NCBI RefSeq assembly: GCF_009914755.1 | Contig: NC_060926.1 | DNA length: 64,000 nucleotides | Strand: one strand, 5' to 3' | Source: the human T2T-CHM13v2.0 reference genome, Homo sapiens | Part shown: positions 32,901 to 48,923 of the stretch, in pieces | Numbering within the stretch: position 1 is the first letter of the stretch | Layout: every line of letters begins with the position of its first letter | The notes under the pieces: model-generated | Databases searched by the model: none | Told to the model about the DNA's origin: nothing | What the model saw: only the letters and a program-made list of their open reading frames with translations | Translations under genes and position numbers: made by a program

Positions 32901-35900
32901 GCTTATCTTTTCAAAAAACCAGCTCCTGGATTTATTAATTTTTTTTTGAAGGGTTTTTCATGTCTGCATCTCCTTCAGTTCTGCTCTGATCTTACTTATT
33001 TCTTATTTTCTGCTAGCTTTTGAATTTGTTTGCTCTTGCTTCTCTAGTTCTTTTAATTGTGATGGTAGGCTGTCAATTTTAGATCATTCCTCGTTTCTCC
33101 TGTGGGCATTTAGTGCTATAAATTTCCCTCTAAACACTACTTTAGCTGTGCGCCAGAGATTCAGGTACATTTTGTCTTTGTTCTCATTGGTTTCAAAGAA
33201 CTTATTTATTTCTGCCTTAATTTAGTTATTTACCCAGTAGTCATTCAGGAGCAGGTGTTCAGGTGCCATGTAGTTGTGTGGTTTTGAGTGAGTTTTTAAA
33301 TCCTGAGTTCTAATTTGATTGCACTGTGGTCTGAGAGACTGTTATGATTTCCATTCTTTTGCATTTGCCGAGCAGTGTTTTACTTCCAATTATGTGTTCA
33401 ATTTTAGAATAAGTGCCATGTGGTGCTGAGAAGAATGTATATTCTGTTGATTTGGGGTGGAGAGTTCTGTAGATGTCTATTAGGTCCCCTTGGTCCAGAG
33501 CTGAGTTCAAGTCCTGCATATCCTTGTTATTATTCTGTCTCGTTGATATGTCTAATATTGACAGTGGAGTGTTAAAGTCTCCCACTGTTATTGTGTGGGA
33601 GTCTAAGTCTCTTTGTAGGTCTCTAAGAACTTGCTTTATGAATCTGGGTGCTCCTGTATTGGGTGCATATATATTTAGGATAGTTAACTCTTTTTGTTGA
33701 ATTGATCCCTTTACCATTATATAATGCCCTTCTTTGTCTTTTTTGATCTCTGTTGGTTTAAAGTCTGTTTTATCAGAGACAAGAATTGCAACCCCTGCTT
33801 TTTTTTTGCTCTCCATTTACTTGGTAAGTATTCCTCCATCCCTTTATTTTGAGCCTATATGTGTCTTTGCATATGAGATGGATCTCCTGAATACAGCACA
33901 CCAATTTGTCTTGACTCTTTCCAATTTGCCAGTCTGTGTTTTTTAATTGGGGCATTTAGCCCATTTACATTTAAGGTTAATATTGTTATGTGTGAATTTG
34001 ATCCTGTCATTATGATGTTAGTTGGTTATTTTGCCCTTTATTTGATGCCATTTCTTCATGGTGTTGATGGTCTTTACAATTTGGTATGTTTTTGCAGTGG
34101 TTGGTACCAGTTTTTCCTTTTTATATTTAGTGCTTCCTCAGGAGCTCTTGTAAGGCAGGCCTGATGGTGACAAAATCTCTCAGCATTTGCTTGTCCATAA
34201 GAGATTTTATTTCTCCTTTGCTTATGAAGCTTAGTTTGACTGGATATGAAATTTTGGGTTAAAAATTCTTTTGTTTAAGAATGTTGAGTATTGGCCCTAC
34301 TCTCTTCTGGCTTGTAGGTTTTCTGCAGAGAGATCAGCTGTTAGTCTGATGGGTTTCCTATTGTGGGTAACCTGACCCTTTTCTCTGGCTGCTCTTAACA
34401 TTTTTTCCTTCCTTTCAACCTTGGTGAATCTGATGATTATGTGTCTTGGGGTTGGTCTTCTTGAGGAGTATCTTTGTAGTGTTCTCTGTGTATCCTGAAT
34501 TTTAGTGTTGGGCTCTCTTGCTAGGTTGGGGAAGTTTTCCTGGATAATATCCTGAAGAGTGTTTTCCAACTTGGTTCCATTCTCTTCATGACTTTCAGGT
34601 ACACCATTGAAACGTAGGTTTGGTCTTTTCACATTGTCCCATATTTCTTGGAGGCTTTGTTTGTTCCTTTTCATTCTTTTATCTCTACTTTAATGTTCAG
34701 ATTTTATTTCATTAAGTTGAACTTCAATTCTCATATCCTTTCTTCTGCTTGATCGATTTGGCTATTGAATCTTGTGTATGCCTCACAAAGTTCTCAAGCT
34801 GTGTTTTTCAGCTCCATCAGATCATTTATATTCTTCTCTAAATTGGTTATTCTAGATAGCAATTCCTCTAATCTTTTTTCAAGGTTCTTAGCTTCCTTGC
34901 AATGGCTTAGACCATGCTCCTTTAGCTCAGAGGGGTTTGTTGTTACCCACCTTCTGAAACCTACTTCTGTCAGTTGGTCAAATTCATTCTCCGTCCAGTT
35001 TTGTTCCCTTGCTGGCATGGAGTTGTGATCCTTGGGAGGAGTAGAGGCATTCTGGTTTTTGGAATTTTCAGCCCTTTTGCGCTGTTTTTTCCTCATCTTC
35101 ATGGATTTATCTATCTTTGGTCTTTGATGTTGGTGACCTTTGGATGGGGTTTTTGTGTGGATGTCCTTTTTGTGGATGTTGATGCTATTCCTTTCTGTTT
35201 GTTAGTTTTCCTTCTAACAGTCAGGCCTCTCCTCTGCAGGTCTGCTGGAGTTTGCTGGAGGCCCCCTCCAGACTGTGTTTAAATGGGTATCACCAGCAGA
35301 GGCTGAGAACAGCAAAGATTGCTGCCTGTTCTTTCCTCTGGAAGCTTTGTCCCAGAGGGGCACCCGCCAAATGCCAGCCAGAGCTCTCCTGTATGAGGTG
35401 TCTGTCGATCCCTGCTGGGAGGTGTCTCCCAGTCAGGAGGCACAGGGTTCAGGGACACACTTGAGGAGGCAGTCTGTCCCTTAGGAGAGCTGGAGTGCTG
35501 TGCTGGGAGATCTGCTGCTCTCTTCAGAGCCAGCAGACAGGAACGTTTAAGTCTGCTGAAGCTGCACCCACAGATGCCCCTTCCCCCAAGTGCTCTGTCC
35601 CGGGGAGATGGGAGTTTTATCTATAAGCCCCTGACTGGGGCTGCTGCCTTTCTTTCAGAGGTGGCCTGCCCAGAGAGGAGGAATGTAGAGAGGCAGTCTG
35701 GCTACAGTGGCTTTGTGGAGCTGTGGTGGGTTCTGTCCAGTTTGAACTTCTTGGCAGCTTTGTTTACACTGTCAGGGGAAAACCGCCTACTCAACCCTCA
35801 GTAATGATGGACGCCCCTCCCCCCATCAAGCTTGAGCATCCCAGGTCAACTTCAGACTGCTGTGCTGGCAGCAAGAATTTCAGGCCAGTGGATCTTAGCT

Positions 35901-36437
35901 TGCTGGGCTCTGTGGAGGGGGGGATCCGCTGAGCTAGACCACTGGGCTTCAGCCCCCTTTCCAGGTGAGTGAATGGTTCTGTCTCGCTGGCATTCCAGGC
36001 CTCACTGGGATACGATAAAAAATCTCCTGCTGCTAGCTTGGTGTTTGCCCTAATGGCTACCCTGTTTTGTGCTTGAAACCCAGGGCCCTGGTTGTGTAGG
36101 CACCCGAGGGAATAACCTGGTCTGCGGGCTGTGAGGACCGTGGGAAAAGTGTGACTTCTGGGGTGGAATACACTGTCCCTCATGGCACAGTCCCTCGTGG
36201 CTTCCCTTGCCTCATGGAGGGAGTTCCTGGACCCCTTTCAATTCCTGGGTGAGGCGACACCCCACTCAGCCTCTGCTTGCCCTCCATAGACTACACCCAC
36301 TGTCTAACCTTAAGTCCTAGTGAGATGAGCCAGGTACATCAGTTGGAAATGTAGAAATCACCCACCTTCTGGATTGTTCTCACTGGGAGCTGCAGAGCAG
36401 AGTTGTTCCTATTCGGCCATCTTACCAGCCACTTCTC
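29956..36437 (-). mobile_element. near full-length L1PA7-like LINE-1 (copy B), inactive
   Basis: 5'UTR/ORF1/ORF2/3'UTR order intact with many frame disruptions; perfect TSD TTGCCTATTTTTA at 29943-29955 and 36438-36450. Confidence 0.95.
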
Positions 36438-39400
36438 TTGCCTATTTTTAAATTGAGTTATTTGTTTTTGTTCTATTGAGTTGTTTGAGTTTCTTACATA
36501 TTTTGAATATTAAACCCTTATCAGATGTATGGTTTGGAAATATTTTCTACCATTCCATAGGTTGTCTCTTCATTTTGCTGTTTTATTTCTTGTGTAGACA
36601 TTTTTAGTTTGATGTAATCCCACTTGTGTATTTTTTTTTCTTGTGTTGCCTGTACTATTGGGTTCATTTCCAAAAAAAAATCATTGCCCAAGTTTCGTAG
36701 AGCTTTCCTCCTATGTTTTCTTCTAGTAATTTCATGGTTTCAGATCTTATGTTTTAATCAATTTTGGGATGATTTTTATATATGGCATGAAGTAGGGGTC
36801 TAATTTCATTTTTTGGCATGTGGATATTCAGTTTTTCCAACATTATTAATTAAAGATATGTCCTTTATCCACTGCATGTTCTTGGCACTTTTGTTGAAAA
36901 TCAATTGACTGTATATGTGTGGATTTATTTCTGGGATTTCCAGACTGTTCCGTTGATTTATATGTCTGTTTTTATGCCAGAAGCATGCTGTTTTGATTGC
37001 TATGGGTTTGTAATATATTTTGAAGTCACATAGTGTGATGCCTTCAGCTTTATTGTTTTTGCTCAAGAGTGCTTTGGTTATTGAGAGTCTTTTGTGGTTT
37101 CGTACAAATTTTAGGATTGTTTTGTCTATTGCTGTGTAAAACATCATTGGAATTTTGTAGGGATTGGATTGAATCTGTAGATAGCTTTGGGTAGTATGCA
37201 CATTTTAACAATATTATTTCTTTCAATTCATGAACATGGAATATCTTTCCATTTGTTTGTGTCTTCTTCAATTTCTTTCATGAATGTTTTATAGTTTTCA
37301 ATGTGCAGATATTTCATCTCTTTTGGTTAAATTTACTTTTAAATATTTTACTTTTTTGGAGGTATTGTAAATGGGATTGTTTTCTTGATTTGTTTTTTGG
37401 GGGAGTTAGTTCATTGTTAGTGTGCAGAGGTGCTACTGATTTTTGTAAATTGGTTTTTGTATTCTACAATTTTACTGATTTACTTAAATCAGTTTTAGCA
37501 GTCTTTTCTTTTGGTGGAGTATTTAGGGATTTCTATATGTGAGATCCTGTCATTTGCAAACAGGGAAATTCCTGCTTTCACTTTGTTGCTTTTTCCTTTC
37601 CACTTTGTTGCTTTTTCTCTCTTTCTCTTGCCAAATTGCTCTGCCTAGAGCTTCCAGTTCTGTATTCAATAGAAGTGGCAAGAGAGGTTATTCTAGTCTT
37701 GTTTCTGAACTTAGAGGAAAAGCTTTCAACTTTTCACCATTGAGTATGATGCTAGCTGTGAGTTTGTCATATATAGCCTTTATTATGTTGAGGTACATTT
37801 CTTCTACACCTAATTTGTTGAGAATTTTTATCATAAAAGTTTGTTAGATTTTGTCAAATGCTTTTTCTGCATTTACTAAGATGATCATGTGGTTTTTGTC
37901 TTTCATTCTGTTAATGTGATATATCACATTTATAGATTTGCATATGTTGAACTGTCCTTACATCCTTAGAATAAATCCTACTTGATCATAGTGAATGATC
38001 CTTTTAATAAGTTGTTGGATTAGTTTGCTGGTATTTTGTTGAGAATTTGCACCTCCATCTTCAACAGGAAGATTGGTGCATAATTTTGTTTTTAATTAGA
38101 GTGTCCTTCTCTGACTTTGGGGGTAATGCTGGCCTTATAAAATGAGTTTGGAAGTATTTCTTCCTCTTCAATTTTTTTGGAAGAGTTTGTGAAGAATTGA
38201 CATTAGTTCTTTAAATGCTTGGTAGAATTCAGCAGTGAAGCCATCATGTCTTGGGCTTTGCTTTGATGGTAGACTTTTTATTACTGATTAAATCCCCTTA
38301 CTCATTATTGGTTTATTCATATTTTCAATTTCTTCATGATTTGTTATTGGTAGGTTGTAAGTGTTTAGGAATTTATCCATTTCCTCTAGAATGTTTAATT
38401 AGTTGTTGTATAATTGTTCACAGTAGTCTCTTATGATGGTATCAGTCATAATACTTCCTGATTAATTTCTGATTGTATTTATTAAGTTTTCTCTCTTTTT
38501 GGAGTTAGTCTAGCTAAAGTTTTATTGCTTTTGCTTATCTTTTCAAAAAATCAACTATGTTTTATTGATCTTCTCTGTTTTTCTTAGTCTCTATTTCATT
38601 TATTTTTTGCTCTGATGTTTATTTCCTCCTTTCTTCTAACTTTGAACATCGTTTGTTCTTCTTTTTCTTGATTCTTGGTGTATAACATTGTTATTTATTT
38701 GAGATTTAAAATTTTTTTGCTGTAGGCATTCATTGCTATAACTTTTCCTTTCAGAACTGTTTTTGCTGCAACCCATAAGTTTTGGTATGTTCTGTTTCCA
38801 CTTTTGTTCGTTTCAAGATATTTAAAGTTTTTTTTTCTTCATTCATTTATTGACCCGTTGGTTGTTTAGGAGCATGTTGTTTAACTTCCATGTTTGTGTG
38901 AATTTTCAAAAAATTCCCCATGATTGGTTTTTAGTTTCATGCCATTTTGGTCAGATAAGAGACTTGATATGATTTGTTAAGTTTGTTAGGGCTTATTTTA
39001 GGGCCTAACATATGACCTGCCCTCAAGAATATTCCATGTATACTTGAGATGAATGTGTACTCTATTGCTGTTAGAATGTTCTGTATAAGTCTATTAGGTC
39101 CATTTTGTCTAAAGTGTAGTTTAAGGCTGACATTTCCTTACTGATTTTCTGTCTGGGTGATATGTTTGTTGCTGAAAGTAAAGTATAGAACTTCCTTCCT
39201 ATTTCTGTATCACAGTCTATCTCTCCTTAGAGATCTATTAATGTTTGCTTTATTTATTTAGGTGCTCCAATGTCAGATGCATATATATGTACAATTGTCA
39301 TATCCTCTTTATAAACTGACTCCTTTATCATTATATAATGACCTTTGTGTCTCATTTTCCAGTTTTTGACTTAAAGCATATTTTATATGATACAAATATA

Positions 39401-39440
39401 GCTACCTCTGCTCTTTTTGGTTCATTTGCATGAAATATTT
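36438..39440 (-). mobile_element. L1MA continuation (ORF2)
   Basis: resumes at the TSD; ORF2 peptide 36806..37201. Confidence 0.85.
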
Positions 39441-42062
39441 GGTTCTCAGCTTGAATGTTTTTGGTTTATAGAAATGCTACTAATTTTTGTATGTTGAGTT
39501 TGTATCCTGAGACTTTACTGGAGTCACTTGTCAAGTCTAGGAGTCTTCTGGAGGAGTCTTCAGGGTTTTCTAGGTATACAAACGTCATCAGTGAGCAGAT
39601 ATAATTTGACTTCCTCTTTTCCAATTTGGAAGCCTTTTATTTCTTTCTCCTGCCTGACCACTCTGGCTAGGACTTCTAGTACTTCCAGTTGAATAGCAGT
39701 AGTGAGAGTCAACATTCTCCTCTTGTGCCAGGTCTTAGGGGAAATGCTTTTCCGCATTCAGTATGATGTTGGCTGTGGGTTTATCATGTATGGCTCTCAT
39801 GATTATGATTATTTTGAGATATGTTCTTTCTATGCCTAGGTTGTTGAGGGTGTTTATGCTGAAGGGATATTGGATTTAATCAAATGCATATTCTGTAACT
39901 ATTGAGATAATGCAATTTTTGCTTTTGTTCTCTTTATGTGGTGAAATGACATTTATTGACTTGCATATGTTGAACCAACTTTGCATCCCTGGAATAAAGC
40001 CTACTTGATCATGATGAATTTTTTTTTTATTGTGTTGTTGGATCCAGTCTGCTACTATTTTGTTGAGAATTTTTACATCTATGTTCATCAGTGATATTGT
40101 AGTTTTCTGGTTTGATGTCCTTACATGGTTTTGATATAAGGATCATACTGGAATCATAGAATGAGTTAGGTAGGATTCTTCCTCTTTGATTTTTTAGAAT
40201 AGTTTCAGTAACATTGGTACCAGCTCTTCTTCATACATCTGGTAAGATTCAGTTCTTTATCCTTCCAGTCCTACACTTTTTTTTGTTGGAGGATTTTTTA
40301 TTATCAATTCAAATTTAATCCTTGCTATTGGTCTATTCTGTGTTTCTATTTCTTCCTGGTTTAATCTCAGGAAGTTGTATGAATCTAGAAATTTATCCAT
40401 TTCCTCTAGGTTTTCTAGTTTGTGTGCACTGAGGTGTTCTGATCTTTTGTATCTATCTGATATCAGTTGCAATGTCATGTTTATCATTTCTGATTGTGCT
40501 TATTTGAATCTTCTCTCTTTTTTCTTGGTTAGTCTAGTGGTCTGTCAATTTTGTTTATCTTTTCAAAAAACCAACTTTTTGTTTTATTGATCTTTTAAAT
40601 TGTTTTTTTTTGTCTCAATCTCATTTAGTTCTGCTCTGATCTTTGTTATTTCTTTTCTTCTGCTAGCTTTGAGTTTGGTTTGTTATTGTTTTTCAAGTTC
40701 CTTAAGGTGTGATGGTAGATTGTTAATTTGAGATCTCTCTATCTTTTCAATGGAGGCATTTAGTGTTATCAACTTTTCTTTAAGCACTGCTTTTGCTCTA
40801 TGCCAGAGGTTGTTTTATGTTGTATCTCCATTTTCATTCATTTCAAATAATTTTTAATTTTTGCCTTAATTTTATTGTTTACCCAAAACTCGTTCAGAAA
40901 CAAATTGTTTAGTTTACGTGTACTTGTATAGTTTTGAGAATTCCTCTTGGTATTGATTTCTAATTTTATTATCCTGTAGTCTGACAAGACACTTTATATG
41001 ATTTTGATTTTTTTGAATTTATTGAGACTTGCTTTAAGGAGAAGCATATGGTTGATTATGGAGAATCTTTCACGTGTAGGTGAGAAAAATGTATGTTCTG
41101 CAGTTGTTTGGTAGAATAAATGTCTATCAGGTCTCTTTGGTCTATTGGCCAGTTTAAGTCCAGAGTTTCTTTGTTGATTGTCTGTCTTTATGATCTGTCT
41201 GTTAATGTCAGGGGGTATTGAAATCCTCACTATTATTCTATTGCTATCAATCTGCTTTCTTAGGTTTATTAGTGTTTATTTTATGAATCTGGGTGCTCTG
41301 GTATTGGGTTGATATATATTTAGAATTGCTAAATCTTGTTGTGTTGAATCCTTTATTATTATATAATGACTTTGTCTTTTGTAACTGCTCCCATTTTAAG
41401 TTTATTAGTTTTATCTAATATGAGTATGTCTATTCCTACTCACTTTCATTTTCCGTTTGTGTTGTATATATTTTTCCACCCTTTTACTTTGAGTCTGAAT
41501 TTGTCTTTAGGTGCATCTCACGTAGACAACAGATGGTTGTGTCTTGTATTTTTTTAAATCCAATTTGCCACTCTATGTTTAAGTAGGGCATTTAGGCCAT
41601 TTACATTCAAGGTTAATATTGATATGTGAGGTTCTGTTATTGTTGTAGTATTGTTAGCTAGTTTTGGAGTTTTGATTGTGTATTTGATTTATAGGCTCTG
41701 TGAGCATTTTACTTATGTGTCCTTTTTCTGATGCAAGTATCATTTTCTGTTTCCATGTGTAGAACTCGTCTGAGCATCTCTTGTAGCACTGGTCTCATGG
41801 TGACAAATTCTCTTAGCGTTTGCTTATCTAAGAAAGGCTTTATTTCCCCTTTATTTATTAAGCTTAGTTTGGCAGGATATAAAATTCTTGACTGGTGTTT
41901 TTGAGCTTAAGGATGCTAAAAATAGGCCCCGAAACTCTTTTAGGGTTTCTGCTAAGGAGTCTATTGTTAATCTGATTGTTTGTCTTTTATAGATGATTTG
42001 ACCTTTTTCTCTAGCTCCCTTTAAGGACTTTTCTCTAGTGTTGACTTTGGATTGTCTGATGA

Positions 42063-42444
<382 letters not shown>

Positions 42445-44772
42445 GACTATGTTAGTTTTAAATACTGGTTTTCAAGCTCTGAAATTCTTTCTTCTGCTTT
42501 ATCTAGTCTATTGTTAATGTTTTCTATTTATTTTGAAATTCCTTAAATGATATTTCACTTCTAGACGTTCTGATTTTTAAAAACAAGACATTTATCTCTT
42601 TCTTCATTTCCTGGCTTGCTTTCGTAGCTTCTTTGTGTTGGTTTTCAACCTCGTCTTGGATCTCCTTGAGCTTCCTCGTAATCCATACTTTGAATTCTTT
42701 ATATATCATTTCTGAGTTTCCATTTTGGTTAACGGCCATTTCTAGAGAGCTAGCGTGATCCTTTGGTGGTGTCACAACATTCAAATTTTTTTGTGATGCC
42801 ATAATTCTTATGCTAATTTCTTCCCATCTGGAGAGCCTGCCACTTCTTATTTTTGACATTCTTTTCATTCAGATGGGATTTTTAGAATTTCCCTATATTT
42901 TTCCTCCCAACCCTGGGGTTGTGATTGTAGAGTATGTTGGGTGAGGTCCTTTGGCTTTGCTTCTGTTACCCCGTGCACTTCTGTCTGCAGCTTTTATATT
43001 GGCCTGTGCAGTTTGACCTGCGGCCGGTAGATGGCACTTACGAGTAAGAGCCAGCTATAGCACAAAGTATGTACATGGGTATGTACTTGATCTTTGTTTA
43101 CCGTCAGGTGCTATCTGTTGTTTCAGGTGGTGGGCTGGACAGTGGAGTGCCCAGAGTCCTAAGCTTCCTGTTCAGCAGGGGAATAGACAGAGCTGAACCC
43201 CCTGGGTTGTTTATGAATACCCCAGTGATGAGCACAGGCACCAGGCCTAATGAGGGTGACTAGAGGGGCTGCTGGTAAAATGTGCTGAAGTTCTCTGTGG
43301 GGCATGAGGAGGTTGCACCAGCTCCATGTCCTAAATAGGAAGAAACATGATCTGTTTGCTTTTCACGCCCCTGTTCTTGGCCTTGTGAATGTCAGTTCAG
43401 ACACACACTGTTGTCTATCTTCAGAGCCATGACAAGTGCCTCTGTTTCGACTCTCCAAGGGAGTGGTTTTGGGGTTGAACCTCTTCACTCAGCCCAATAC
43501 AGACATCTTTATGGCTCACCTATTCTCTAACGTGGTAAAATTGCTACATCATGTGGAGGGGAGGGGACTCTGTCTTCTGGCCTGTGTGATGAGCGTCAGC
43601 TGTGGGCGTATTGGCTGATTGGATCAGCCCAACCTCAGGCCCTTGGGGGAGTGGTCAGGTGCCAGCAGTGTTGGACTGGACTAGGTAGTTCCCCAGGCCC
43701 AGGCCCCAAGATGGTCCACTGGATGGCATGCATGAGTCTCCAAGGGGCTGGACTGGGGTCAGGCCAGCCCTGAGTTCAGGTGCTGTCTGTGATGAGGAGG
43801 GGTGGGCTGGTCCTTGGGTCACCCACAGAACTCTCAGGCAGGGACAGGCAGAATGCCAAGGTGGTGGGAGCCTGAGGCAGATCACAAGCCTGTGGGGGTT
43901 GGGCTCTCAGAAGGGCCCTGGGCCGCAGCTGAAATGTTCAGATGGGGGCAGGGTGGCTGTGCTGTAAACCTTTCACTGAGAAGGGCAGGTCCCTTCAGCT
44001 GGGGCAATGGAGACTCACAGCCATGGGGCATGTGGCACGTTTGCACTTCCCTCCTGCAGAAACAACACTGGATTTCACTGTTAGGGGCATGCAAAGGTGC
44101 CAGCCCTCTCTGCTTCCTCCCTGGCCTGGGGGAAGCAAAGGAAGGGGCAGTAGGGGGTGGTGGCTGTAAAGGGCTTGTAAGTGACCTCTGGGAGTAGGGC
44201 TTTCAGATTAACACTGAGCCATGGCTACAGTATTCATGCAGGGACCAGGTGGATGCACTGGGGGTCTGAAGCCAGCAAGTCTCATATGGCAGGGAGCAGC
44301 AGAGGTGTGGAGTTGTGGGGTGCAGAGTCTGCCCACTGCTCCTCCATATCTCAGCTGCAGCATCTGTGCTGGAGATGCATGACAGTGCCCAGCCTCCCTA
44401 TTCTCTTCCTGGCCCAGGAGTGGCAGGGGTGGAGACAGTGGCACTGGTGACTGCAAAGCGCCTCTCAGTGACTTCCAGGAGTTGGGTTCTCAGAGGAACA
44501 CTGGGCCATGGCTGCAGTGTTCAGGTAGGGCTGGGGTGGGTACACTGGGGGCCTGAAGCAGGTAAACCTTATTTGGCAAGGCACAGTGGAGGCAGGAAGT
44601 CATGTGGCAGGTAGTCTGGCCACAGTATCTATCCTGGGGATGTGTGAAAGTGCTTGGCCTTCCGGATTTGCAGGGCAGTGGCAGCTGGTGCTGGGTTGCT
44701 CAGGAATCAAAAGCCTATGGGAATCCATGTGGCTTTTGGTTGGTGCCTCTGCACAGTCTCCCGGTAGCTCTC

Positions 44773-44805
<33 letters not shown>
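44773..44805. repeat. (TG)n microsatellite
   Basis: direct reading. Confidence 0.95.
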
Positions 44806-44806
<1 letters not shown>

Positions 44807-45095
44807 CTAGGATTTTAAAGGTTCATGGTGGAGGTGTGGATCCCCAGGGGGCTCTCACTCACTCACCCTTCTTCATATTAGCAAGTCTCTCCTGGCTCCG
44901 CACCAGTCCCAGCTTGGTGGCTGCTTGGCTTTGCCCTTTTAGCTTTCCATAGGTGCCATCATTTCTCTAGTGAATTTCAGGGTGCTCTCTTTGACTAACT
45001 TCTTGAAGTGTTAGTATTTACTCCCTATTTTGGTTTCTCCCGGTGAAAGAGGTGCCTACTACCTGGTTCTAGTCAGTCATCTTAAACTGGAACCT

Positions 45096-45575
45096 CACTC
45101 TGTGCCTTTTAATTGGAGAATGAATTCACTTATATTCAAGGTAAGGATCGATAGCTAAGGACTTATTACTGCCATCTTATTAATGATTTTCTGGTTGTTT
45201 TGTAGATCCTGTGTTACTTTCTTTTCCTCTTGCTGCTCTCCTTTGTGATTAGGTGATTTTCTCTAGTGATATTCTTTGATTTCTTTTCATCTTTTGCGTA
45301 TCTACTGTAAGTTTTTGCTTTGTGGTTACCATGAAGCTTACACAAGGCAGCCTATATTTATAACAGACTACTTTAAGCTGAGAACAACTTAATTTTGATC
45401 ACATAAAAAACTCTACACTTTTATTTTACCCTCCACTCCCACATTAAAATTTTTAAATTTGTCACAGTGTGTATTTGTCATAATTCACATCTTTTTATGT
45501 TGCGTCTCCCTTAACATATTATTGTCACTATTATTGTTTTTCATAGTTTTGTCTTTTAACCTTTATACTAAATAT
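45096..45575 (-). mobile_element. L1MA continuation (ORF2 start / inter-ORF region)
   Basis: CACTCTGTGCCTTTTAATTGGAGAA...AAGGACTTATTACTGCCAT. Confidence 0.7.
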
Positions 45576-45964
45576 ACATACAGGCAGCCATTCTAAAGTG
45601 TTTACTATGTATCTTGTTGTCTATGTTCTAGCAAGTTGTGTCTTATTTCATGTACATGTATTTTAGTCTACATAAATTGTTTTGTATACTATGTCTCATT
45701 CAGTTTTTTAAAAGAAGTTTTCTCTCAATACCTTATTTTCAAAATCCATGTATGTTTCTGGGTGTACGTAGAGCCGTTTGATTGCAGTTGCATGGGACTC
45801 CATGGTGGGCATCCACCTTTTGCCTATCCATTCCCCTAGGTTTCCTCCCAATTCCTGCTACCATCAAGGAATGCTTAACGAATATCTTTCTATATGTCCT
45901 CTTATAGACCCATGTGAGAATTTCCTTCGTATATATGACCAGGAACAAAATTGCTGTACCATAG

Positions 45965-46402
<438 letters not shown>

Positions 46403-46794
46403 CAAATTCTTATTTTTTCATTTACTTCGGGCCCTCATTCTTATTTTTCATTTAATTTGATGTATTTCACTATTGCTTTCATATGCATTTCCCTGATTAC
46501 TAATAAATTCATATGTCTTTTTTATGTTTGTCATTTTTTCTTCTCTAAATTGCCTGTTCATTTTTTTATTGAGAGTTATTCTTTTTTCCAACTGATTTGA
46601 AATAGGTTGTTTTATATTCTAGATATTAATTTCCCACTGGAGTTAAAAATTCCAGTTACCTCCTCTCATTCTGTCCTTGGCTAACTTTGTTCATGCTATA
46701 AATGGTTAAACAGAATTCTTGTCTTATGGACTGTGTTGCCATAGCTATACGTATATATAGTTAATAGAGGAAAAGTAACTTTGTGATTTTTTAA

Positions 46795-47424
<630 letters not shown>

Positions 47425-47565
47425 TGATGTTAGGTGATTATCCAGCCTTTTGTTTTCTCATTATGAGGCATTTCCACCAATATCTACTATTAAACAATTT
47501 AGTCATTCACCATTGATTCTAGGTACCATCTTTATCATATATTAAGTTTGTATGTTGAGTGTGTC

Positions 47566-47587
47566 AGAGAGAGAGAGAGAGAGAGAG
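47566..47587. repeat. (GA)n microsatellite
   Basis: direct reading. Confidence 0.9.
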
Positions 47588-48875
47588 GGTGGGGGTTGGA
47601 GATATTAACCTATAAAATCGCAGGAAAGTGGTGGGGTCAAAGGCTATCTTTCAGCATAGACAGACAAACTTTATACTCACTATACTTACTCATCTGACTC
47701 TTACAACTGTCTAGCATTTTGTTATGGCTTGTGGAATAACTGGGGAAGTTTTTTTTGTAGCCACTGGTAGTGTTTTCAGTCACAAACTAAATAAACTGGC
47801 CTATGTGCTTTTTGGATATTTCATTTCCCTTCTCTCAAACCGATTGATTAACTGGAAGAAGACACAGTGGATTCAGAACACATGTAAGCCAGGTTAGGAA
47901 TAGGCATCAGAGTTCCCCAGAAAAAAATTACAGACCAGGGAACAGAAAGACAGCCCTTACCACCTGTCCTGTGCTTCACTCCATTCTGGGTGCAGAACCT
48001 CGTGAAAAAGTACAGGTGCCTCCAGTGACTTGTGGCCCTACTTTTGGACCTATTGGCATTAGCTTAGGCTCAAAGCTTTTGTGTTTCTGAATTTCCAGGG
48101 TAGCTTCTGCCAGATTAAGTCATGCCCTGGCTCATTACTCACTGTAGAAACTAACAGGCCCAGAAGTAGGGTCAGGTAGTGTCTATCTGGGCTAGTCCAA
48201 TTAATTTCTCTGAACAGCCCCCAGATATTGGAGTAGAGCCTACTTTTTGGCACTTAGCAGTCAAACAGAACCCTCTGGCATCCTGTTCTTCTACACGACT
48301 AAATCTTTCATCTGAGATATTGCAGTAGGGGATGCATAGGAATTAGTTTTTGTTCCCTAAATAGTTCAAAGAGACCGTATTATGCCTCTCACCTCAGGGA
48401 AGGCTTAAAGCAGAGGTGAATCTCAAACATTTTTCAAACAAAGACAATCTGCCATCCACCAAGTTCCATTTGCTCAACACTGTTCCTCAGACTTGATACA
48501 TTTGATGTCCCATTTTGGATGCCATAGGTGGGCTGTATGGACCAGGTTTGAAGAAAATGCCTGGAGGATGGTCCTAGAAAGGGCTACCTCTATTACCCTA
48601 TTTCTCAAGGCTTCTGAACAATGCCTAGAACACAATAGGTGCTCAATAAACATTTGTTGACTGAATCACTAGGATGAGGATTTGCTCTCTCTCTTTCTAT
48701 CTCTCCCTCTGTTATGGTTAAAATATTTTATTTATGAGGGATTTCTAACCCAGTGGCAGCTCCAGAATTTTGCATAGAAGGGTTGAGGAGCAGTAATCTG
48801 GCTGGGAGATTGTGGGAGGAGGCTAGGAACTTGCCTTGATGTCACATTTGCATGGGTATCAAGGATAATAGCTTA

Positions 48876-48923
<48 letters not shown>

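Noticed and set aside
42900-45000. GC-rich region as a gene promoter or CpG island
   Set aside because: CpG-depleted and contiguous with L1 ORF1; best explained as an old L1 5'UTR.
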